From: Rhina ancylostomus
Taxonomy: Eukaryota
Length of the DNA stretch: 64,000 bases
NCBI GenBank assembly: GCA_030265395.1
Contig: JARFYF010000001.1
Span: 52,794,480 to 52,858,479 of the forward strand
Reading direction: 5' to 3'
Position numbers and translations under genes: made by a program. The notes beneath the pieces were generated by a model, which was given only the letters and a program-made list of their open reading frames with translations, ran no database searches and had not been told where the DNA came from. The first letter of the stretch is position 1; each line of letters begins with the position of its first letter. Positions 55,051 through 64,000 of the stretch are shown here, one piece after another.

Positions 55051-56699
55051 CCAGCTCTTAAAGTATTCATTTTATTCCTCACTGACTATTTTTTCTCTCA
55101 ATCACACAATATTTTAGGCCTGATCTAATGATGCATTGAAACTATGGTCAACATGATGATGGACTGAGCCCCAGAGCACAGCGTAATATTAATTATATCA
55201 GAATTTGCAACTTCTCTCTCCCAAACTATCAGTAAAGAGCACCATGCAATAAACCAATTGGTTCCTTGTAGAATATTCAATGATTACAACAATAAAACAA
55301 GAACTTTTAAAAAAAATTATTCAGCTACTTTATCTCCTTTTGCATCCATTTATAATCTCATTGCACAATAAATTTTAAAAGTACATCAAACACAAATATT
55401 TGAAATCATGTTCACCATATTGCACTTTCTGGGATATTTAATAATTTAAAATAAAATATCCTAAAAATAATTGCTAGAATTTCTTAAAGATGTAATGGTC
55501 TGCGAGAAGTCATTTCTGAATCCCAAGAGCACCTTAGCATCGATTCCTAGGTAACTGCAGGCAATAATTGTTTTATTGCAACCTCCAGCTATCATCAATT
55601 CCTGTGGAAACCTGAGATGGTCAAAGAGAAAAGAACTGTTGTGGTCAATGTGCTTTTTAGACTGAGCTTTCTTATATTTTCAATTAAAGTGTTGATTGGA
55701 TTCTTTAAGACTTACAATGATTTGTTTGCATTGTCATTTCCAATAAATTGTAATGTGGAATTTTATTAGTTTTAACTGTCCTGTTTCAATTTAAGAATGA
55801 GAAATAATTCTTCTAATGTTTGGATGATAGTTTTCCATGCAGATAAATATTTTATATCGATGGCTTATCAAATTCTCTGTTATTGTGTATTTCTGTACAT
55901 TTTCAGTAGATTTAAAATCTATAGATGTATTTCATGAATGACTTTCTCGTGATCAAGTATTGAAACAGTCCTGAATAACACCTTTCAAGGAAATTACAAA
56001 TTTACTTCCACAGATATAAAACACTCACTTGATTTTGACAAATATCTAACCTTTTCTTGGAATGGTGTGCTGAGAAAACCAGCAATGTACATTGCAAAAC
56101 ATACCCTAACACCACAGGACTCTTGACTTCTCAGTGCACTATTACTACTGTCTCTTTTTGGGATGACTAGCTATAAGTTTTGTTTGTGGATGGTTAACAC
56201 TGTTTTGTCAGGTGTAATGACCTTAAGTCCAGTTTGTTTCTTTTTATTGTGGGAACCAAGTTAGCTGCTGAATATTGTAAAAAAAATCAACAGTAGATTG
56301 AACTCAGAGGTTTCTTACAAAGAAGGAACAAGCTGGATGATGTGCATTAGGCCAGGTACAAAAATAAGAAATTGGAAGTAGAATAATGGCTAATATGTTC
56401 TTTCAAAAATGATGTGATGTATCATGTTGTTGATGTTATCACATGTGAGGAGTCAATACTAAAACCTAAAGCTATTAACAATGATACTTAGGCAACTACA
56501 GGCAATAATTGCTTTATTGTACCCTCCAGCAAGTATCAGTTATTGTGCTGTTCCTGATCTAAGGAACTAGTACTACAGAACATCAATGCAAATTTCAATA
56601 CCAAATTCGTGGTATGCCTTAACCATGACACTTATGCACACACCAGAGGTGCATGTCTCCCTACTATCTGATGTATCAACCAGTGCATGAAAATCAAAA

Positions 56700-56920
56700 T
56701 AAAACTGCAGTTGCTGGAAACCTGAAATAAAAACAGAAAATGTTGGAAACACTCAGAAGTTCAGTCAGCACCAGTGGAAAGAGAAGTAGATTTAATGTTT
56801 CAGTAGAAGACCCTTTGTCAGTAATAGTAGAGGGATTTCAATCTAAAATGTTAAATCTGCTTTTCTTTCCACTGATGTTGACTCACTGCTGAGCATTCAC
56901 AGCATCTTTTGTTTTTATTA
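56700..56920. mobile_element. Palindromic Penelope-terminus-derived short element
   Basis: AATAAAAACAGAAAATGTTGG...CAGTGGAAAGAGAAGTAGATTTAATGTTT pairs with AAATGTTAAATCTGCTTTTCTTTCCACTG...CAGCATCTTTTTGTTTTTATT. Confidence 0.7.
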
Positions 56921-57059
56921 TCTATCAGTGCACATTGAAACTGAATAGAACTTAAGTAAAATTAATGTAAATATTGAATGCTCTGATTTCATCATAACTA
57001 TAGGTGCTTTGGAGCATATACCCATGTTATACAATCTTATATGTATGAGAACACATTAA

Positions 57060-57520
57060 GAATTCCAGGATGTGCACCTTTCTACATCCAGGTTCCCTGA
57101 CCTGCATTGACTCAGTAAAGCAAGTTTCAATTTTAAAATTCTTATCCTTGATCCCTAAGGCCTCTTCCTGTATTATCTCTTAAAACTCTTTCCACTATAA
57201 CCTCCAAGATATTTTCCCTCCTTCAATTTTGACCATTTGATTATTGCCAGTTTTATTTGTTCATTTATTTTAATTTATTTACTCCCAACACCTTCAAATG
57301 TTCAGACTGTAAACTTTAGAGTATTGTCAGTACATCCCGTCATACTCCACCTCTCCTCCCTTCTTTAAAATGCTCCTTTAAGCATAGCTCTCTCACCAAG
57401 CATAATCACATTTTCTAGTATTTCCTTCTGTGGTTCACTGTCAAATTATAATCAATAACATTACTATGAAGCACCTTGGGCCATATTACTACATTAAAGA
57501 TGCTACACAAATCATCCAGT
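57060..57520 (+). mobile_element. L2-like LINE 3' remnant
   Basis: TTTTAAAATTCTTATCCTTG segment and tail GAAGCACCTTGGGCCATATTACTACATTAAAGATGCTACACAAAT. Confidence 0.6.
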
Positions 57521-57699
57521 TATGGATGGCTGTAACCATGCATTGTTCAATGTAACTTATAACAGCACCAACAAGGTCTCATGTACTTGCAGTAAAGAAT
57601 AATGATCCAATGTGTTAGATTATGGCTATTTAATTCTGGGACTTCATACAGCTGTACTGAAAACAAATGAATGATATTCCACTGGTCAACCCAAATACT

Positions 57700-57960
57700 A
57701 ATATTCAGGAGTCCAAAGTGTAAAACCACCCACTTAACCTGACACTCAGCTCCTCAATCCTGGCTGATCTGCTCCAGGTATCAACTCCTCTTCTGTGCCA
57801 ATTCCACATAGCCCTCAAGACCCCTTTACCTCCAGTAATCCAGTGTCTGTCACCCTCTTGGGCACAGAATTCTAGATATTCATCATCCTTTGTGAGAAGA
57901 AGTTCCAGTGCATCTCAGTTTTAAAAGATTGCCCTTCTAACTATGTCCCCTTGTTCAAGA
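57700..57960 (-). mobile_element. Degraded CR1 3' fragment
   Basis: GGCACAGAATTCTAGATATTCATCATCCTTTGTGAGAAGAAGTTCC is the reverse of the FFSQR...WNS segment. Confidence 0.55.
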
Positions 57961-58989
57961 CTAAGGTATTTTTTCAGAGGTTGAAACAATATTGGGGGTT
58001 GTGCAAGTTTTATCCAGCATCTAGGCTGTGCTGTGTTATTTGATGCTACCACAAGGTTCCAAAGCTAGAAATAAAATTGCAATTTTTGACCATACAAAGC
58101 TGAAGAAAAAAAGTGTGACTTTGAAAGGACAAAGCCTCAGCTATTCTGTTTCCTTCTCTTTACTGAGAAAAACTACAATGCACACTAGATTATTGACATG
58201 TGCAGATTTTGGCAGTGCATACATAGATGGATACATAGTTTTATGAAAGGATAAAGTTCTGTCTATTAATATGATTAAAACTAATTTTGTAAAATCCACT
58301 GCAGCTGAGATAACAGACAGATAACCTGTTTCCAGACAGTGCCAATGTTTCCCTGTAAATAGCTGCCAAAAGTTATCTGAGAATGCTGAAGGTTAGTTTG
58401 GTCTCCAATTTTATGTGTCCCTTAGGAGAAATGTGCTTTCCACCAGTTGGCACCTCACCAAACTAGCCAGCTGAGATTACAAACTCAATATAGAGAAGTG
58501 AGATGGAAGTTTTAAGGTGGTCAGTAAATGATTTCCAAAAGAACCGATACTCTATGTTACCTGTGTTACATGTTTACGACCCAAGTAGAAAACAATTATG
58601 TCTATAATTAAAATGTTTTCTCAACACATTTTCTCCTGGGAATTCTAAGTTATGAATTTTAAGTTTAAGTGATTGGAAATGTTTCATTCTCTTAACCTGA
58701 AACTGGAAATAACAGATGTGAACAAACAGGTTTAGTAAGTTGTATTACTAAGAGTAAATATGAGTATTGATTTGAACACCCAAGCAAACCGAAATAAAAT
58801 TACAGAGCAAACATTTCCTCTAAAACCCAATCTACATCTCAAATTTTAACGGGCATGCTCTTAAGAAGGTATTTACAATATTTTTATATCAATAGATTCA
58901 CTTACAGAGAAATGTAACTTTCATTATTAGCTTCCTAACAGGTTCAACATAACTTCATCTCATAACACACATTGCTAACTGCCCTTTTT

Positions 58990-59485
58990 ATTGAATCATG
59001 CAGTAACACAACACAGAAGGGAGCCATTTGGCCCATCAAGTCCATGCACCTTTTGCAAAGAACAATCCAATTATTCCCACTCTTCCATTCTTTAACACAT
59101 ACCCACAATATTTTCACCTTCAGTGTGTCTCCACTTCCCCCTCAAGTGCTACCATTGAAAACCTATATCCAAAACGTTAACAGGCAATATATTCAAATTT
59201 TAACCATCCATGCAAAGAATGTTTATCCTCATATTGCCTCTGGTCTTTTTCCCAATCCTTTCAATTTGTGTCCTCTTGTTATCAGCCCCTAGGTCACTGG
59301 AAATGGTTTATTTTTACTTGTCTATTTAAAACCATCACGGTTTTAAATACCTCCATCACATCTGGCCATCCCTGCTCCAAGAATAACCCCAGTTGTCCAC
59401 TCCATCTATGTAATTTTAACCTCTCATCCCTAGAACCATTTGACTAACTCCCTTCTGTACACCCTCCAAAACCTTCACATCCTAC
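58990..59485 (-). mobile_element. Degraded CR1 3' fragment
   Basis: Reverse tail GGAGCCATTTGGCCCATCAAGTCCATGC, colinear with 54400-54900. Confidence 0.65.
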
Positions 59486-59779
59486 TTCAGTTACCAGAAG
59501 ATTTTATTCACAACTCCCACATGGATACATAACTTGTATTAAAGTACATTAGTGTAGCACTCTTGGAAGCAGAAATAAAAGATTCACGATTACTTTATAT
59601 GTGTTAATAGCAACTATCCCCTCTAAGGTCTAATAAAAGAACAGAAATGCATTTAACAACCTCGCAACATGTCTAAATTTAGCAACCGTTTTCACTTACC
59701 TTCTTCAATTATGCCAGTAATGCACTTAGCAATGCTAAGCACCAAACCTGATAGTCCTCAGATGCCTTTCCTTTTTCAG

Positions 59780-60410
59780 GGCACCACGTGAGGGCAGTCG
59801 ATGGGCAGCAACGCACGCAACAGATAGGACGCCACCACCTACACTGGACGCCACCCACTGGGAGCACGTGGCCCCAGTGAGTGGCCTGGGAGTCGGCGCG
59901 CGCTGATGCCGAGCTGGCAATGGCCGGCGGGCGCTGGCGACCCCCGGACTGGGGGGGGGGGTCGCTCTCACCTCCCGCCCCTCCACACACACACACACAC
60001 ATCACCCACCCACCCAATCAATCACGGGCGCGCACCAGCGGGGTGTGCGCGCCAGGCCTGTCACCCGGCCAGGTGGCGGGCTGCCGCCTGCAGGCGCCTG
60101 TGCTTGGGGCGAGGGAGGGGGGGTTGGGGGGAGAAGGGGCCGGCGGCTGCCTTTGCCCCGACCGGGGGAGCAGTCGCTTTGATGACCAGAATGGTATCGC
60201 GCAGGGCGTTGTGCGCTTTTGGGCACCAACACCCTCGTGCCGCGCTGCCTGCAACACGACGGCAATAGCGAGGGATGATCATTCTGCTGGCCGAGTGTGA
60301 GTACGTTTCTTCAAAGTTTTATTTTTAGGTCACGGAATCATTGCTGCCAGGGTCGTGCGCGGCGCGCTCCCTGTTTGCGCAGGCGGGGATCACGTCCGAA
60401 AGGGACACGT
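59780..60410. promoter_or_regulatory. CpG island / candidate bidirectional promoter
   Basis: Sharp GC and CpG peak in AT-rich surroundings. CACGTG E-boxes at 59785-59790 and 59865-59870, GC box CCCGCCCC at 59974-59981, CCAAT at 60014-60018, NRF1-like TGCGCAGGCG near 60376. Outward-facing splice donors at 59699 (minus) and 60297 (plus). Confidence 0.7.
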
Positions 60411-61749
60411 TATTTTTAAGGAAGGAAAAGTGGCGACTGTTTGATGTAACGTTGATACACATTCAGAAGGATAGTAGCTGATAGCATTGGAAAGTAGTAA
60501 CATTTACGCAAAAGAAGGCGAACAATATATTCTGAGAGTTCGATTTTTTTTTGTGTGAAAGATATAGAAATACACGGGGACTACTTGAATAGGACTGAAC
60601 TGTCAAGTACCTTATGAAGTTGTGGTGACAGGGGCGATGAATGCTTCCAAATCTGAAAAGCGTTTAATAGTTGTTTGTCATTAGACAACTGAAGATCTGG
60701 CGTCTTCGTATTGGTTTCCTTCAGTGTAATCAACGCAATCTATGGATGCATATGAAATGCTATTTTTTCAAACGTTTAATGATGAAACCATTGCAGTTTG
60801 TTCATGACATTTTGCCACATGTTTGTTGTTTCTGAAACGTTCCGTGAACATCTTGAAACCTTACATTCACTTGGGCTAATAGAACTGGTGGTAAATGTTG
60901 GGATTTAAGTTAGCCCAATAGGAGTAGATAATTGCTGATAACCCTTTGACCCATTGCCCCTTTCAGTGATGGCAGTGGGTCAGTGGGTTATCAATGTTGT
61001 CAAATCTTCTGTTACATGGAGGAAGGGTTGATGGCGTTGATATATTTTGCTTCAGTGTGAGTTGCTATTATGACTCTTCCTTATATTTGGGGATCACTAA
61101 CTGCATACAGAAAGCTATCGAATTGCTTAATCTTTTCAATGCGCATACCAGTTTAGCAGTTAATCTCAGTAGGGTTGCCAGTTCTGGTCGAATAAATTCC
61201 TGGAGTTTTATCACCGGACCATCCCCTTCCGTCACCAGGTCCAAACGACCTTTTCCCCCACCTCCAATATTTTTAAAACTAATAAGAGAAAGTGATTAAT
61301 GAAATTAGGGGAGGGGGGTAAACATGATGTTTTATTTGCTTCCCTCTGGTTTGCTGATAGCAATAGCCAGAGGAGTTATTCTTCGAGACCAAGACAATTC
61401 TGGAGGTTGGCAACCCTCTCTACGAGCGCACTTTGTAAGCAATGTAAACATTACAGAACGGGTATTTTTGAATCTCTTTATGCTGTCTACTGGTTTAAAT
61501 TGCCAATTCTGAAGCCTATGATCGCCATTGAATGCTTCTCCGTAATTACTGTAATCGTTTATTGCCTGACTAACAGCATGAAGTGGGACACTAATTAAAA
61601 CGAACATCAACTTTATCACTTGATAACCTCTGGTGTAAATTAATACTTTTGTCATTAATGTAGCACAACATTATCATAAATCTAGGATGTGGTTACCATC
61701 TTATTGTACTCGTACCCTAGAAATATGCTTAGATTCGAATCCCTTTTCT

Positions 61750-63297
61750 GTCTTCCAAAAATGTACATAAAATTAGTTTGTATATTGGGCGAATTATGTG
61801 GTTGTTGGTTTACTTTGCGTATGTTAATGCAAATTTACTGTCGATAGTTATGTTGGTGGATATGTGACAGTAGATTGAGCGGTGCCCAGGCAATTTAATC
61901 AGAGTTTCTACTGAGAATGAGTGAAGAGAAAGAGGTGGAACTGTTGTGAGCAATTATTGAACAACACCCTCGTTATTCATACAATTGATCTTCCATACAG
62001 TATTTGGAAGTATATTTTCAAATAAAATCAAAATATCTCGCAAAATAATAAGTTTTAAAGTTGTATATTTAATAAAATAATTGCTTTTAATGTGAATGAT
62101 ATAATGACCCGAGCCGAATAATGTACAAAGTTGATTCTGTACAATATCTTATTCTTCATGAGTCTCTATTCTGCCATCAACCACTGCTTCTTGGACTTCA
62201 AGAAATGAGATCGCCGCGCCAGTGCGCCCATTGCAATTCCGTTATGTTCATAATCCGCACAATTTATCAGCTCCTTTCCTTTATACTGTTTTCTCTAGTG
62301 TATCTTCTCTCGTGTATTTTATTTGAGATACAGCAAAAGCAAGCACCTTTATTCACTGAGCACGTAACGTAAGTTGTATCAAATTTTGCTCTTCATAGAC
62401 ATGTTATATCATATCAACCGTGGAAAAAAATGAAAAGAAAAAGAACATTTACAAAATGAATGTCATGAACACATTATTCAACGAACAAAGCAGTCATATC
62501 AAATTCAGTTTTTACAACTTCGTAGCAACCAATTCAGTTCTCTCTATTGGCTTGCCATAGTGCAAACTGTAGCGTTGCCAAGGCAGAATTCAAACAGGGT
62601 CTTAACTCTTAACAGACTTGTGGTTGTCCTGTGTCTTTTTCCTTAAACATTGTCCACAGACAAAGTGCTTCTGTTAGCTTCGAAAGACAGTCCATCTTTC
62701 CCGTAATGCCAATGCATAAAATTCAAGTTTAGAGTAATTCAGACGACTTGATAATGTAAATGCTCTGTTTATCTGAACCAAGAGTTAAATATTGAAGTCG
62801 AACGTTATTATCTGTTGCAAATACACGAATACAGTTTATATATTGGTTGATGATCAGGTAACACTCTGCAGAGTGAAGTGTCAAGTCTATATCAGAAAAC
62901 TTCTGAACTCGTTTTAAACACATGCAATGACATTTTTTTCTATACACTGGAAACGCCTTATACCTTTAATTAATTCGTCAAATTTGGAATTGAAAATTGT
63001 TCGCGCATATTCAGATTTGGATGGTTTTATATGGGATGTTGTGGCCTTGCTAGCAATGTATACTCGCTCCTCTATTTTGAAATGGAATAGTAGACTGGAC
63101 CGTTGAATTCATTGGGTGTTTCGGAATCTCGCTGTTCTTGTTCGGCCCATGTTATTCATTTCTTTTGGGGGAGCATACACAAATACAATCTCTTCTTTGC
63201 CTATTGCACAGTACTGGGTGATGCAGAAAATCGTTGGCACGACCGTATTTCGCACGTCCANNNNNNNNNNNNNNNNNNNNNNNNNNNNNNNNNNNNN
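61750..63297 (-). other. Putative 3' UTR (about 1.5 kb) of the MSTN-like gene
   Basis: Unique, repeat-free, AT-rich sequence after the inferred stop. Blocks such as CTGCCTTGGCAACGCTACAGTTT (about 62586-62564), ATGAAGAATAA (about 62159-62149) and ACATTTTTGGAAGAC (about 61764-61750) resemble my recollection of the mammalian MSTN 3' UTR; not verified by alignment. Alternative AATAAA sites on the minus strand at 62318-62323 and 62348-62353. Confidence 0.5.
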
Positions 63298-63705
<408 letters not shown>

Positions 63706-64000
63706 TTAAAGGAAACTGCAATATTTGAACGCTTTAGGAACCGTAAAAAGAAAATGCAGAGTTGCATTTGATTTTTTTCCTTGTAGCGTTTCTCCCTGAG
63801 AGATGCTTTGGTTTTCATTAAAGCATAAAATCTAGCATGTAAACTGATAGAATCCATAAAAGCCGGCTGAGGAATTAGAAAATATATACCAGAAGTTAAA
63901 CGCAGTAGCAAGAGATCCCATGGAATGTTCCAGCTGTTGAGTAGTAGCACAGCAAACGTTTCCTCGCACGCTGACAATATTGTAATGCCTGTTAAGACGT

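Noticed and set aside
59709-60300. Several overlapping ORFs in the CpG island
   Set aside because: Expected from stop-codon depletion in GC-rich DNA; they run through poly-G and (CA)n tracts and show no recognisable domain.

Overview
Eukaryotic, AT-rich and repeat-dense DNA from a gapped assembly. The repeat content (HE1-like V-SINEs, CR1/HER1-like LINEs, Penelope, Rex/Babar, L2) points to a cartilaginous fish (shark or ray). The only recognisable host coding sequence is the last exon of a GDF8/GDF11-family gene on the minus strand (63678 to about 63298, stop codon hidden in an N gap). It is most likely myostatin (MSTN) and its mature domain is a mosaic of GDF8-type and GDF11-type residues. 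About 1-42 kb is mostly degraded, often nested transposons (CR1, L1/Tx1, L2, Rex/Babar, Penelope, Gypsy, PIF/Harbinger, SINEs). The most interesting non-coding observations are: (i) an orphan CpG island about 1.4 kb past the inferred MSTN 3' end, bracketed by outward-facing splice donors, suggesting a bidirectional promoter with an antisense transcript; (ii) a pre-miRNA-sized hairpin with a miR-34-like seed beside it; (iii) several near-perfect local inverted duplications (twin hairpins at 10.6 kb, 169-bp arms at 36.5-37.4 kb); (iv) a roughly 10-kb CpG-retaining, repeat-poor domain at 43-53 kb. I found no convincing new protein-coding system. Repeat boundaries are approximate and family names come from motif recognition, not database searches.
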